Part shown: in pieces, positions 1-12,931 of the stretch
How the letters are laid out: every line of letters starts with the position of its first letter
Position numbering within the stretch: position 1 is the stretch's first letter
From: Alphaproteobacteria bacterium
GTDB taxonomy: Bacteria; Pseudomonadota; Alphaproteobacteria; UBA828
Assembly (NCBI GenBank): GCA_963422645.2
Contig: CAXXVO010000004.1
Location: 602,539-666,538 of the forward strand
Direction of reading: 5' to 3'
DNA: 64,000 nt
The notes under the pieces: generated by a model
The model's input: only the letters and a program-made list of their open reading frames with translations
Told to the model about the DNA's origin: nothing
Databases searched by the model: none
Made by a program: the position numbers and the translations under genes

Positions 1-17
1 CACTCGGCTCCGCGCCG

Positions 18-455
18 CTAGTCCTCGTCGGTAAACGCCGGCTCATCGGCCGCGCCGATGGATTCGACGGACCACATCTTCTCGAGGTTGTAGAGGGCGC
101 GGACTTCGGGCCGGAAGACGTGCACGATGATGTCGCCGGCATCGATCAGCACCCAGTCCGAGTTTTCGCGGCCCTCCGCCGCGAGCGCGGGCGTGCCGTC
201 GTCCTTGAGCTGTTTCAGGAGCCGTGCCGCCACCGCACCGACATGGCGCTTCGACCGTCCGCTGGCGATAACCATGAAGTCGGCGATCGTGGTCTTGCCG
301 TCGAGGTCGATGGTGACGATGTCCTCCGCCTTGGCGTCTGCAAGAGCGCCGGCGACGAAGCGCTGAAGCGCCTCAGCGCCGGCTTTGCCCGATTCCCGGC
401 GACTGGGCCTAACAGGTTGATTCGGTGCTTCTATGGTGTTCCTCCAGCCTCCCAT
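18..455 (-). CDS. rsfS: Ribosome silencing factor RsfS (Iojap); true start probably downstream of ORF start
   Basis: KAEDIVTIDL...IADFMVIASGRSKRHV...WVLIDAGDIIVHVFRPEVRALYNLEKMW; usual position after nadD. Confidence 0.95.
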   Translation of the reverse strand: MGGWRNTIEAPNQPVRPSRRESGKAGAEALQRFVAGALADAKAEDIVTIDLDGKTTIADFMVIASGRSKRHVGAVAARLLKQLKDDGTPALAAEGRENSDWVLIDAGDIIVHVFRPEVRALYNLEKMWSVESIGAADEPAFTDED

Positions 456-1090
456 TGTCGGTCCGGTGCACCGGTCGCGGCGCGCAACGCAGTCGCCGAC
501 GCGGGGTGCAGCGGTCCATGGATTACCATCCAGGCGGGCGGCTTGCTGCGCACGAGCCCTGGCGCTCGGCGTTCCGCCAATCTTTGGCGTGCAAATCGTT
601 TCGCAGGCTTAACCACACTAGCGTAGCGAGAGTAAGGCCAGCGGTCGATGACCGCAACGGGTAGTGCCTGGAAGAGCGCGGGCCAGCGCCGCCACGCCGC
701 GAGCGTCGGCAGGTTGTCGGCGCCGACGATCCAGACCAGCCGGTGCCGCGGAAAGCGCCGTTTGAGCCGGGCGACCGTGTCCACCGAGTAGCAGCTGCCG
801 AGGCGGCGCTCGATATCGCTTACCCGGAGACGTCGGTCCCCCGCCGCTGTCCTCGCGGCGGCGAAGCGCTCGTCAAACGCCGCCATCCCGGCGCGGGGCT
901 TGAGCGGGTTCTGGGGCGAGACCAGCCACCAGATCTCGTGCAGGCCCAGGCGCTTGAGCGCCAGCAGGCTGATGTGGCGGTGGCCCTCATGGGCCGGATT
1001 GAAGGAGCCGCCGATCAGGCCGATTTTGCGCCCCGGCGGACGGGCGCGCGGAGCGCCGCCCGGCACAGGCCGCGACCGCCGCCGGCGCAT
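431..1090 (-). CDS. nadD: Nicotinate-nucleotide adenylyltransferase
   Basis: C-terminal part of ORF 431..2056: IGLIGGSFNPAHEGH, WWLVSPQNPLK, WIVGADN; ATG at 1090 just after proA stop. Confidence 0.92.
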   Translation of the reverse strand: MRRRRSRPVPGGAPRARPPGRKIGLIGGSFNPAHEGHRHISLLALKRLGLHEIWWLVSPQNPLKPRAGMAAFDERFAAARTAAGDRRLRVSDIERRLGSCYSVDTVARLKRRFPRHRLVWIVGADNLPTLAAWRRWPALFQALPVAVIDRWPYSRYASVVKPAKRFARQRLAERRAPGLVRSKPPAWMVIHGPLHPASATALRAATGAPDRQWEAGGTP

Positions 1091-1104
1091 GGGCACGAGC
1101 GCGG

Positions 1105-2393
1105 TCAGGGGCGAACCTGCCCGTTGCCGTAGACCTTGTACTTGTAGGTGGTGAGCTGCTCGACGCCCACCGGCCCACGGGCGTGCAGTTTGCCGGTGGA
1201 GATGCCGATCTCGGCCCCCATGCCGAACTCGCCGCCGTCGGCGAACTGGGTGGAGGCGTTGTGCAGAACGATCCCGCTGTCGACGCCTTCCATGAAGCGT
1301 TCGGCGGCGGCGGCGTCCTCGGTAATGATGCTGTCGGTATGGTGGGAGCCATGCTCGTTGACGTGGGAAATCGCCGCGTCGAGCCCATCCACCACGCCGA
1401 CCGAGATGATCGCGTCGAGATATTCGGTTCCCCAATCGGCGTCGGCCACCGGCACCACGCGCGAGTCCATCGCCTGCACGCGGGCATCGCCGCGCACCTC
1501 GCAGCCGGCCTCGAACAGCGGCTCGAGGATCTCGGGCAGCGTCTCCGCCGCAGCGGCATCGACCAACAACGTCTCCGCCGCGCCGCAGATACCGGTCCGC
1601 CGCATCTTGGCGTTGAAGGTCACGTCGCGAGCCTTCTCGGGATCGGCGGCCGCATGCACGTAGACGTGGCAGTTGCCGTCCAGGTGGGCCATCACCGGCA
1701 CCCGGCTCTCCGCGAGCACCCGCTCGATCAGCGAGCGGCCGCCGCGCGGCACGATCAGGTCGAGCGCATCGTCCATGCCGAGCAGAATGCCGACCGCAGC
1801 CCGGTCGGTCGTCGGCACCAGCTGGATGCACCCCGCCGGCAGCCCGGTCTCGGCGAGCGCCGCGCGCAGCACCGATGCAATGGCACGCGAGGAGTGCCAG
1901 CTCTCGGAGCCGCCGCGCAGGATCGCCGCATTCCCCGACATGAGGCAAAGCGCGCCGGCATCGACGGTCACGTTGGGCCGCGATTCGTAGATGATCCCGA
2001 TGACGCCGATCGGCACCGACACCCGGCGAATGCGAAGCCCGTTGGGCCGCTCCCACTCACCCAGAAGGCGGCCAAGCGGGTCGTCGAGGGCGGCCACTTG
2101 CTCGACACCAACCGCCATCGCCTCGACCCGGCCGGGATCAAGGGCAAGGCGGTCGAGAAGCGCGCTGCTCAGGCCGGACGCCTCAGCGGCCGCCATGTCC
2201 CTGCCGTTCGCCTCCAGGATTGCAGCCTCGTCGCAGCGGATCGCCGCGGCGGCTGCCTCGAGCGCACGTCGCCTGGCCTCGGCCGAGCTTGCCGCGAGCA
2301 TCCGCGCCGCCGCGCGCGCCTCGGCGCCGAGCGCGGCCATCTCGGCGGCGATGTCCTGTTCCGTCTCGCGGCTCCGCGCCGCCTCGGCCATGC

Positions 2394-2397
<4 letters not shown>
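1105..2397 (-). CDS. proA: Gamma-glutamyl phosphate reductase
   Basis: [54 protein letters not shown]. Confidence 0.97.
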
Positions 2398-4588
<2,191 letters not shown>

Positions 4589-4846
4589 TTACGCGCTCGG
4601 CTCGACCGAGACGACCGTCTTGCCGCCGCTGCGCCGCGCGAACTTCACATGGCCGCCAGAAAGCGCAAAGAGCGTGTGATCGCGCCCGATCCCGACGTTC
4701 TCACCGGGGTGCCACTTGGTGCCCCGCTGGCGCGCGATGATGTTGCCAGGGATCACCGTCTCGCCGCCGTACTTCTTGATGCCGAGGCGTCTGCCCGCCG
4801 TGTCCCGGCCGTTTCGCGAACTGCCGCCTGCCTTCTTGTGCGCCAT
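4589..4846 (-). CDS. rpmA: 50S ribosomal protein L27
   Basis: [15 protein letters not shown]...[10 protein letters not shown]. Confidence 0.98.
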   Translation of the reverse strand: MAHKKAGGSSRNGRDTAGRRLGIKKYGGETVIPGNIIARQRGTKWHPGENVGIGRDHTLFALSGGHVKFARRSGGKTVVSVEPSA

Positions 4847-5511
4847 CAGCTCTTCTCCTCCGCCGGCTCGTCCGCAGCAGACTCCGCAGTCTCCTCGGCC
4901 GGCGTGTCGGTCGTCTCGTCTGCCGGGGACTTGGCCGCCTCGGCTGCCGCATCGGCCGTCTCATCCGAAGGCGGAGCGGCGGCCTCTTCTACCGGCGCCT
5001 CGGCCGGCTCCGGGGTTGCCGTCTCGGCGGGCGCGGGTGCGGTCTCCTCGGCCGTCTCGACCTTGGCGGCCGGCTTCTTCCGGGTCTTCGGCTTGGCAGC
5101 GGTCTTCGCTTTCGTCGACCTCTTGGCCTTGGTGCCGGCTGCCTCTTCGCCTTCCGCCGTCGCGGCCTTCTTCTTCCGGCGTGCGCGCCGCTTCTGGCCC
5201 GCCGCCAGAATCTCGTCGATGCGAAGCACGGTGAGCTCCTGCCGGTGCCCGCGTTTGCGCCGATGGTTCTTCCGCCGCTTCTTGCGGAAAATGATGATCT
5301 TTTCGCCGCGCGTGTGCTCGACGACCGTGGCCGCTACGCGCGCGCCCTCGACCAGCGGCTGCCCGAGAGAGACGGTCTCGCCGTCGCTCATCGCCAGCAC
5401 TTCGCCGAGCTCGATCGCCTCACCGGCCTCGGCCTTGAGCCGTTCCACCCGGATAACGTCCTCGGGCGCGACGCGGTATTGCTTCCCGCCAGAGCGAACC
5501 ACAGCGAACAT
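4846..5511 (-). CDS. rplU: 50S ribosomal protein L21 with long low-complexity C-terminal extension
   Basis: [14 protein letters not shown]...[15 protein letters not shown]; upstream of rpmA. Confidence 0.96.
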   Translation of the reverse strand: MFAVVRSGGKQYRVAPEDVIRVERLKAEAGEAIELGEVLAMSDGETVSLGQPLVEGARVAATVVEHTRGEKIIIFRKKRRKNHRRKRGHRQELTVLRIDEILAAGQKRRARRKKKAATAEGEEAAGTKAKRSTKAKTAAKPKTRKKPAAKVETAEETAPAPAETATPEPAEAPVEEAAAPPSDETADAAAEAAKSPADETTDTPAEETAESAADEPAEEKS

Positions 5512-5728
5512 GACAACCATCCGTATTGGGAGGAGCGGGGTGCACCCCGCAGCGGGCGCACTATAGGCCGGGCGTCTCCCGTGTCAATTGCCGGTGCCCA
5601 TTTGTATCCCTCAAACGCCGGGCGCGAGCTCCGCTCGCTTGGCTTTCGCGCCAAAGGCGCGGCGCGCAGTCGCGCGCTCTGGGCCTGACGGCCCGGCTCA
5701 CTTCATCCACCGCAAGCTCCCGTGATCC

Positions 5729-6619
5729 TCAGTCTGGCCAGCGCCGGTGCAGCCAGAGCCATTGTTCGGGCCGCTCACGGATCCAGTCCTCGAAGATGCG
5801 GTTGATGGCGATCGTGGTCGCACGGATGCGCTCCTCCCGCGTGCCCTCCTCGGGCATGGCGAGCTTGGGATATACGGTGACCCGGAACGCCGCACCGCTG
5901 AGCCGTTCCACCCGGACCGGCCAGATCGGGCAGTCGTAGCGCAGCGCGAATGTTGCCACGGAAGGTGCAGTCATGGCATCGCGGCCGAAGAAGGGGACCG
6001 GAATGCCGGTGTTGAGCTTCTGATCCACCAGGAGGGCGACGTGCCTGCCGGCGCCGAGCGTGCGCATCAACTCGCGGGTGCCGTCGCGGCCTTTGGGCAC
6101 GCGGTGTTGCATGACCGCGCTCCTGAACCGCGAGATCATGCGGTCGACGATCGGGTTGTTCGCCGCCCTGTAGATGGCGGTTACCGGGATCCCGCTCCGC
6201 TCCAGCGGCAGCACGGTGAGCTCCCAATTGCCGATATGGCCTGAGACGAAGATTCCGCCGGTGGCGGAGCGCTTCGCCTCGTCCAGATGGGCGCGACCGA
6301 CGAGCTCGATCCGCCCGCCGGGCGCGTCGACGGAGAAACGATGGAGATGCGGGTATTCCGCAGCGACGCGGCCGAGATGACACCACATGCGCCGCGCACA
6401 GCGCCGAACTTCGGCCGGCGATAGCTCCGGCAGCGCACGGGCGAGGTTGTCGAGACCCTGGCGGTGCACCGGGAGCAACGGGCCGATGGAGCCGCCCAGT
6501 GCGGCGCCGACGGCCGACGCCCATCCCATGGGCAGCGAGCCCAGCAGCCCGAAAAGGACTTGGGCGGCGACGGCCTCGCAGACGTGCCGCGCCGCGCGTG
6601 CCGGCCCCCTCTTAGCCAC
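5729..6619 (-). CDS. Lipid A late acyltransferase (LpxL/HtrB family); start estimated at GTG 6619
   Basis: SGHIGNWE, LLVDQ, VPFFG, PEQWLWLHRRW; follows lpxK. Confidence 0.88.
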   Translation of the reverse strand: MAKRGPARAARHVCEAVAAQVLFGLLGSLPMGWASAVGAALGGSIGPLLPVHRQGLDNLARALPELSPAEVRRCARRMWCHLGRVAAEYPHLHRFSVDAPGGRIELVGRAHLDEAKRSATGGIFVSGHIGNWELTVLPLERSGIPVTAIYRAANNPIVDRMISRFRSAVMQHRVPKGRDGTRELMRTLGAGRHVALLVDQKLNTGIPVPFFGRDAMTAPSVATFALRYDCPIWPVRVERLSGAAFRVTVYPKLAMPEEGTREERIRATTIAINRIFEDWIRERPEQWLWLHRRWPD

Positions 6620-7604
6620 GGCGGCAGCGCGCCACGAGGGGCGCCAGCAGCTCGCGAGGCTCTTGCGGCGCGCGCCAGGCAAGGGTCACGGGCAGCGTGC
6701 GAACCATTTCTCTCGTGTCCATCGGCAGCCGCACATGGTCCTTCTCGGTGGTGACCGGCACGGCCCCCCGCTCCCTCGCTTCGTCGACGATGGCCGCGAT
6801 CTCTCTCGGCTTATAGCGGTGGTGATCAGCAAAGGCATAGCGCGCGATCACAGTGCAGCCATTCTCTGCCAACGTCTCGAAGAACTTATCCGGCCGCCCG
6901 ATCCCGGCGAAGGCAATCACCGGCCGCTCGCGCAATTCACGGACCTCGTCGTTGGGCACCAGATCGGCCTCGATGACCGGCATGTCGTGTTGCCCGAGGG
7001 CTGCTCGCGCACCCCGACGGTCGTCCCCGACGAGAACCAGCGCCTGCACCCGGCGCAGGCCTCTGGCGAGCGGTTCGCGCAATGGCCCGGCAGGCAACAC
7101 GCAGCCATTGCCGATTCCGGCACCGCCGTCCACCACCGCAAGACAGAGATCCTTCGCTAGTCCGGGCGACTGCATGCCGTCGTCCATGAGCAGCATTTCT
7201 GCGCCGGCGGACTGGGCAGCGTCGGCGCCTGCTGCCCGGTCGCGGGAGAGCCAGGTCGGCGCTGCCCGGGCGAGCAGCAGCGCTTCGTCGCCGACCGCGT
7301 GCGCGTCATGGCGGGCGGGATCGACCCGGATCGGGCCTCGCATACTTCCGCCGTAACCGCGCGTCAGGACATGGGGGCGGATGCCCTCTTCCGCCAGCAG
7401 CGCGACGAGGGCGAGAACGGTGGGGGTCTTGCCCGCGCCGCCCACGGTGAAATTGCCGACGCAGATCACGGGTAGTCCCGCCTCAGCCGGCTGCACCAGA
7501 GATTCGCGGCTCCGCGCGCCGAAGCGATAGAGCCAGGAGAGCGGCGTCAGCGCGGCGGCAGCGAGACCGCCGCGCTCAGCCGCCCAGAATGCCGGCGCGC
7601 GCAT
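6612..7604 (-). CDS. lpxK: Tetraacyldisaccharide 4'-kinase
   Basis: VICVGNFTVGGAGKTP, LTRGYGG, VGDEALLL, DDGMQ, LPAGPLRE, TTEKD. Confidence 0.96.
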   Translation of the reverse strand: MRAPAFWAAERGGLAAAALTPLSWLYRFGARSRESLVQPAEAGLPVICVGNFTVGGAGKTPTVLALVALLAEEGIRPHVLTRGYGGSMRGPIRVDPARHDAHAVGDEALLLARAAPTWLSRDRAAGADAAQSAGAEMLLMDDGMQSPGLAKDLCLAVVDGGAGIGNGCVLPAGPLREPLARGLRRVQALVLVGDDRRGARAALGQHDMPVIEADLVPNDEVRELRERPVIAFAGIGRPDKFFETLAENGCTVIARYAFADHHRYKPREIAAIVDEARERGAVPVTTEKDHVRLPMDTREMVRTLPVTLAWRAPQEPRELLAPLVARCRRG

Positions 7605-8889
7605 CGCGGCCGCAGGGCGCGAGATGGTCGCGTATTAGGCCGAGTGCCGCCTCGACCGCACCGCCGAGGCCGCTTGCGGCCTCGTGCGCGGCAGCGGCAC
7701 GGGCGAGCCGCGCGATCTCGTCGTCGAGCAAGGCGCGCACGGCGCCGGCGAACGCACCCGCGTCGCTCACCCGGCTGAGCGCATCGGCGCCCTCCAGCGC
7801 GGCGTACGCCTCGGCGAAGTTCTCCGTGTGCGGGCCGGCCACAATCGCACAATCGAGCCGCGCCGGCTCCAATGGATTGTGCCCGCCGTGGGGCTTGAGC
7901 GAGCCACCGACGAAAGCGATATCGGCGAGGCGATAGACCAGGCCGAGCTCGCCCAGCGTGTCCACGAGATAGATGGCGGTGGACGGTGCGATCGCTCCGT
8001 TCGCCGAGCGCCGGGCGGTGACGAGACCGCGTCGCTCCATCGTCTCGGCGATGGCAGAGCCCCGCTCCGGGTGCCGCGGCGCGAGGATCGTGAGCAGATC
8101 GGGGAAGCGTCGACGCAACGCGGAGACCGCCTCGCCTACAGCTTCCTCCTCGCCCTCGTGGGTGCTCGCTGCAGCCCAGCAAGGCCGGCCACCGATGGCT
8201 TGTCTGAGGGCCGTCACATCTTGCCCATCCGCCGACAGCGGCGGGGCGTCGTTCTTGAGGTTGCCGCGGACCCCGACGTTATGCGCGCCGAGCCCGCGAA
8301 ATCGCGCCGCGTCCGCCTCAGTCTGCGCCAGGACTCCGGCGAAGGCCGCGAGCAAGGGCCGGCTCAGGTGCGGCGCCCGCCGCCAGCGCGCGGCGGAGCG
8401 CTCTGACATGCGCGCGTTGACCAGCAACATGGGGACACCGTGCGCGGCGGTCTCCAGGATCAGGTTTGGCCACAGCTCCGATTCCACCCAGACCGCAAGG
8501 TCCGGTCGCCAGTGCTGGGCGAAGCGCCGGACCGCGCCCGGCCGGTCGACCGGTGCGAACTGGTGACAGACGCCGTCCGGCACGCGCTCCCGCAGCAGCC
8601 GCTCCGAGCTAACGGTGCCGGACGTGATCAACACGCCGACGTCCGGGAGCGTTTCGCGCAACCGCTCGACCAGCGGCAGCAGGGAGAGGCTCTCGCCGAC
8701 GCTCACCGCGTGCATCCAGACCAGTCGGCCCTCGGGCCGGGGCAGGGTGGGCTTCCCGAGCCGCTCGCCGTAACGGACGCGGTCTTCCTTGCCCCGGCGC
8801 CGCCGGTGGGCGAGCCAGACATCGACCACCGGCGTGGCCAGCAGGCTGGCGCAGCGGTAGCTGCGCGGCGTGATCAGCGCTTCGATCAT
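7576..8889 (-). CDS. waaA: Kdo transferase
   Basis: WMHAVSVGE, ESELWPN, AASTHEGEE, APRHPER, GGHNPLEPA. Confidence 0.96.
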   Translation of the reverse strand: MIEALITPRSYRCASLLATPVVDVWLAHRRRRGKEDRVRYGERLGKPTLPRPEGRLVWMHAVSVGESLSLLPLVERLRETLPDVGVLITSGTVSSERLLRERVPDGVCHQFAPVDRPGAVRRFAQHWRPDLAVWVESELWPNLILETAAHGVPMLLVNARMSERSAARWRRAPHLSRPLLAAFAGVLAQTEADAARFRGLGAHNVGVRGNLKNDAPPLSADGQDVTALRQAIGGRPCWAAASTHEGEEEAVGEAVSALRRRFPDLLTILAPRHPERGSAIAETMERRGLVTARRSANGAIAPSTAIYLVDTLGELGLVYRLADIAFVGGSLKPHGGHNPLEPARLDCAIVAGPHTENFAEAYAALEGADALSRVSDAGAFAGAVRALLDDEIARLARAAAAHEAASGLGGAVEAALGLIRDHLAPCGRDARAGILGG

Positions 8890-9638
8890 GGGCGCGCAGC
8901 GGCGGCCGCCGCGCCCGAGCGCTCGCCCTTCGCCCGAGCGGCTTCCCCGGCCGGCTCGACCGGCTCCGTGCCGACCATGCGGTCGGCTTCGGCGGTGAGC
9001 GCGTTGAGCCGCTCCTCCAGAGTCTGGCGAGCCTCCTCCAGCGCGGCCTTGTCTGCGTCAGCAGCGACATAGAACGGGGGTCCCCACAGAACGACGCCGC
9101 GGCCGAAGGGCAGTGCGATGACGAAACGATCCCAACTGTTCGCGACCTTGCGCCGCGAGACCGCAAAGGTGATCGGCACGATCGGCGCCCCGGAGAGACG
9201 TGCCAGTGCGATGATCCCGGGCTGCGCCCGCATGCGGGGTCCGCGCGGACCGTCCGGCGTGATGCCGAGATAGCCGCCCTTCTTCAACAAACGGAGAGAG
9301 GAGCGGATCGCTGCGGTACCGCCCCGCGTGGTCGAGCCGCGAATTGCCGCCACGCCCAGGTGCCGCACGGCGCGCGCGATGTTCTCGCCGTCGCGGTGGC
9401 GGGAGATGATGACGTGTATCGTGGCCTCTGCCTGCCAGCAATGCGGCGCCATCATCAGCCGCCCGTGCCAGAAAGCGGCGATGAAGGGCTGGCCCACGCC
9501 CAGCATTGCATCGGCGTCTTCACGTCCGACGGTCTGCCAGCGGTTCGTTGCGAAGACCAGACGCACGAAGCGAACGAAGAGCCAGATGAGCACGGCACGC
9601 CCGAGCCGGCTCCGCGCGACGCGCTTGCCGAGCGCCAT
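8886..9638 (-). CDS. DUF374 / lysophospholipid acyltransferase-like protein
   Basis: AFWHGR, ISRHRDGE, RGSTTRGG, ITPDGPRGP; typical waaA neighbour. Confidence 0.85.
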   Translation of the reverse strand: MALGKRVARSRLGRAVLIWLFVRFVRLVFATNRWQTVGREDADAMLGVGQPFIAAFWHGRLMMAPHCWQAEATIHVIISRHRDGENIARAVRHLGVAAIRGSTTRGGTAAIRSSLRLLKKGGYLGITPDGPRGPRMRAQPGIIALARLSGAPIVPITFAVSRRKVANSWDRFVIALPFGRGVVLWGPPFYVAADADKAALEEARQTLEERLNALTAEADRMVGTEPVEPAGEAARAKGERSGAAAAAARP

Positions 9639-9640
9639 GC

Positions 9641-11419
9641 CTATTCGGCAGCCATGCCTGCGGAAAACTGCACGGCGTGAAGCCGCGCGTACACGCCATT
9701 CGCCGCCAAGAGCGATCGATGCGTGCCCGATTCCGCGAGCCTGCCGTCTTCCAGCACGTAGATCCGGTTGGCCTCCCGGACCGTGGAGAGGCGGTGGGCG
9801 ATGACGAGGGTGGTGCGGCCCTGCATCAGGCTCCGCAAGGCGTCCTGCACTTGCCGCTCTGACTCAGCGTCGAGCGCGCTGGTCGCCTCGTCGAGCAGCA
9901 GGATCGGGGCATCCTTGAGCATGGCGCGGGCGATGGAGAGTCGCTGCCGCTGGCCGCCCGAGAGCTTGACTCCGTGCTCGCCGATGATCGTGTCGTATCC
10001 GTCGGGGAGCTCCTCGATGAAGCGCCCGGCGCCGGCCGCGCGCGACGCGGCTTCGATGTCATCGTCGCTTGCACCGATCCGCCCGTAGGCGATGTTGGCG
10101 CGGACGCTTTCGTCGAAGAGCACTGCTTCCTGGCTCACCAGTGCCAGAGCGTCGCGCACGCTTTCGATCGTCGCCTCGCGCACGTCGGTCCCGTCGATGC
10201 TGACCCTTCCTTCGTCCACGTCATAGAGCCGGGGGATCAGGTTGAGCACCGTGGACTTGCCGGCGCCGGAGGGCCCGACCAGGGCGACCGTCTCACCCGC
10301 CGGGATGTCCAGGGTTACGTCGAGGAGCGCCGGTGCGCCATTCGGATAGGAGAAGCTGACGCGATGGAGCGCGACGGCGCCGCCCGCGACCTTCAGGGGC
10401 CGCGCATCCGGGGCCTCTCCGATGCGGGGTTCCGTGTCCAGCAGATCGAACACGCGCTGGCTCGCGGCGAGGCCCTCCTGCAGGCTGGCGTTGAGATTGG
10501 CGAGCGCCTTGAGCGGCCGATAGGCAAGCAGCATGGCGGTCACGAAGGCGAAGAAAGCGCCTGGCGTCAGCGCACCCTGGATTACCTGCCAGCCGCCATA
10601 GAGGATCAGCACGGCAATGAAGATGCCGCCGAGCGTTTCCATGATCGGCGTCGCGGCGGCACGGATGCGCTGCTGTTTGAAGATCAGGCGGAAAACGCTC
10701 TCGATCAGGCGGTCGGTGCGCTCGGATTCGAAGCGTTCCCGGTTGTACGCCTTGACGTGGCGCGCGCCCTGAAAGGTCTCGTTGAGCCGCGCGGTGAAGA
10801 GGCCCAGCTCGTGCAGCGCCGAGGTCGAGACCCTGCGCATGCGCCGGCCGATTTTCGAAATCGGGTAGATCGCAATGGGGAAGACGACACAGGCGATCAA
10901 CGCAAGCTTCCAGTCCTTCTCGAACATTACGCCGACCAGGAACAGCAAGGTCAGGACGTCCTTGACCACGCCTGTGAGCGCGTTGGAGACCGCGTTGCGC
11001 ATCATGTTGACGTCGTTGGTCAGCCGCGAGACCAGCCTGCCGGACGCCGTGTCCTGGAAGAACGCGAGGTCGAAACGCAGGATGTGGGCGAAGATTCGGC
11101 TCTGGAGGTCGGCAATGACGCGCTGCCCGACGAAGGCCATCAGCACCGCCTGCCCGTAGGTGGCGGCGCCTCGGATCAGCGTGATTCCGATCACCGCGAT
11201 GGGGACCACGATGAGGAGCGTACGGTCCTTCTCCAGGAAGATCTGGTCCAGCACCGGCTCCATGAGATAGGCCAGCGCCGCCGTGGAGCCGGCGGCAAGC
11301 GTCATGCAAAGCACAGCGAGCGCGAGCCGGCCCAAATGGGGGCGCACATGATCGCGCACGAGGCGGATCAGCAGGTGCCTCGTCAAGCCTGGTCGAGGGG
11401 ACGGGTCGGGTCGCTCCAC
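9641..11419 (-). CDS. msbA: Lipid A export ABC transporter (MsbA-like)
   Basis: TMD plus GPSGAGKST, LSGGQRQR, LLLDEATSALD; in lipid A cluster. Confidence 0.88.
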   Translation of the reverse strand: MERPDPSPRPGLTRHLLIRLVRDHVRPHLGRLALAVLCMTLAAGSTAALAYLMEPVLDQIFLEKDRTLLIVVPIAVIGITLIRGAATYGQAVLMAFVGQRVIADLQSRIFAHILRFDLAFFQDTASGRLVSRLTNDVNMMRNAVSNALTGVVKDVLTLLFLVGVMFEKDWKLALIACVVFPIAIYPISKIGRRMRRVSTSALHELGLFTARLNETFQGARHVKAYNRERFESERTDRLIESVFRLIFKQQRIRAAATPIMETLGGIFIAVLILYGGWQVIQGALTPGAFFAFVTAMLLAYRPLKALANLNASLQEGLAASQRVFDLLDTEPRIGEAPDARPLKVAGGAVALHRVSFSYPNGAPALLDVTLDIPAGETVALVGPSGAGKSTVLNLIPRLYDVDEGRVSIDGTDVREATIESVRDALALVSQEAVLFDESVRANIAYGRIGASDDDIEAASRAAGAGRFIEELPDGYDTIIGEHGVKLSGGQRQRLSIARAMLKDAPILLLDEATSALDAESERQVQDALRSLMQGRTTLVIAHRLSTVREANRIYVLEDGRLAESGTHRSLLAANGVYARLHAVQFSAGMAAE

Positions 11420-11531
11420 GGCTTTCGCCCGGTTCAGGCGCCAACGCCTAAACGCTTGAAATCAACCCCATAGCATGGCCGGGGCATGGGCTCCAACCGT
11501 AGCATACCCCGTGAAGAATTGCCGTCGGCGC

Positions 11532-12881
11532 TTAGCGGCCCGCCACCGTCATGCCGTCGATGCGCACGGTGGGGCTATTGACCCCATAGAGGAACTCGAG
11601 ATCGCTGGCCGGCGTCAGGTGGCGGAACATCTCCTTGAGACTGCCGGCGACGGTGACCTCGCTCACCGGATAGGCGATTTCGCCCTGCTCGATCCAGAAG
11701 CCCGCCGCGCCCCGGCTGTAGTCGCCGGTCACCATGTTCACGCCCATGCCCATCAGCTCGGTGACATAGAGGCCGCTTTCCGCGCCGCCGATCAGAGCCT
11801 CTGCGCTCTCGGCGCCGGGTTCCAGCCATAAATTGGTGCAAGAGGGCGAGGGCGGTGCGCTGGCGCCCCGCGAGGCATGGCCGGTGCTAACGAGCTCCAG
11901 CTGGCGGGCCGAGCGGGAGTCGAGCAGCCAGGTCTGCAGCACGCCATCGGCGATGATGGCGCGCCGCTCCGACGCAACCCCCTCGCCGTCGAAGGGGCGT
12001 GAGCGCAGTCCCCGCGCCCGGTGCGGGTCATCCATGACGGTGATGCCGGTCGCGAACAGCTGGGTTTCCAGCGAGTCCTTCAGAAAGCTCGTTCCGCGCG
12101 CGATCGATGGGCCGGTGATGGCACCGGCGAGGTGGGAGAGCAGCCCGCCCGCGATCCGAGGGTCGTAGACCACCGGCACCTGCCCCGATTGCGCCTTGCG
12201 GGCGCCTAGCCGGCGCACCGCGCGCTCGCCGGCGCGGCGGCCGATCGTCGCGGGGTCGTCCAGATCGGCCTCGTGCACCGTCGCCGACCAGTCGTAGTCG
12301 CGCTCCATCGCCGTGCCCTCGCCGGCCAGCGCCGCAGCGCTCACCGAGAACCGGCTCGTGGCGTAGCCGCCGGCGAAGCCGCCGCTGGTCGCGAGCGTCA
12401 CCTCGGACCGGCCCCAGCTCGCGCTCGCGCCATCAGAATTGGTGACGCCGGTGACGGCGCGGGCGGCGTCCTCCGCCTCTGCCGCGCGGGCCATCAGGCT
12501 CTCGGCGTCGGGCTCGCTCGCATCGGCGAGATCGAAGGAGGGCCAGTCTCGGGCGAGGAGGGCCGGATCGGCGAGGCCCGCATAGGGGTCCTCCGGCACC
12601 GAGCGCGCCATGGCGATCGCCCGCTCGGCGAGCGGCCCGAGCGTGCTTTCCGAGAGGTCCGTGGTGGAGACGATGGCCTGGCGCGCACCAACGAAGACGC
12701 GGAGACCCAGGGTGCGGCCTTCCGCCCGCACGAGCTCCTCCGGCTCCCCGAGCCGGTAGCCGGCATCGAGCGCACTGCCGTGGACGTAGAGCGCGTCGGC
12801 GGCATCGGCGCCGAGCCGACGCGCGCGCGCAATCAGCCCTTCCAGCAGGGTGGCGGACTCACCCGCCTCGGCGGTTCCCAT
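11532..12881 (-). CDS. pmbA: PmbA/TldE family metalloprotease subunit
   Basis: MERDYDWS, RSRPFDGEG, GVNMVTGDYSRGAAGFWIE; ATG 12881. Confidence 0.9.
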   Translation of the reverse strand: MGTAEAGESATLLEGLIARARRLGADAADALYVHGSALDAGYRLGEPEELVRAEGRTLGLRVFVGARQAIVSTTDLSESTLGPLAERAIAMARSVPEDPYAGLADPALLARDWPSFDLADASEPDAESLMARAAEAEDAARAVTGVTNSDGASASWGRSEVTLATSGGFAGGYATSRFSVSAAALAGEGTAMERDYDWSATVHEADLDDPATIGRRAGERAVRRLGARKAQSGQVPVVYDPRIAGGLLSHLAGAITGPSIARGTSFLKDSLETQLFATGITVMDDPHRARGLRSRPFDGEGVASERRAIIADGVLQTWLLDSRSARQLELVSTGHASRGASAPPSPSCTNLWLEPGAESAEALIGGAESGLYVTELMGMGVNMVTGDYSRGAAGFWIEQGEIAYPVSEVTVAGSLKEMFRHLTPASDLEFLYGVNSPTVRIDGMTVAGR

Positions 12882-12931
12882 GATCGGAGAGGCGCAGCCT
12901 TGGTCGTTGCGTAGCGGCCGGGCGCGGCCGG

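Noticed and set aside
431-2056. 541-aa ORF and other long overlapping or antisense ORFs (e.g. 36730-39303, 50019-52769, 4067-5566)
   Set aside because: Shadow frames of real genes in high-GC DNA; only 431-1090 (nadD) is credible
5600-5690. Fifth copy of the palindromic repeat upstream of rplU
   Set aside because: Only the CGCGCTCT end resembles it; core and hairpins are absent
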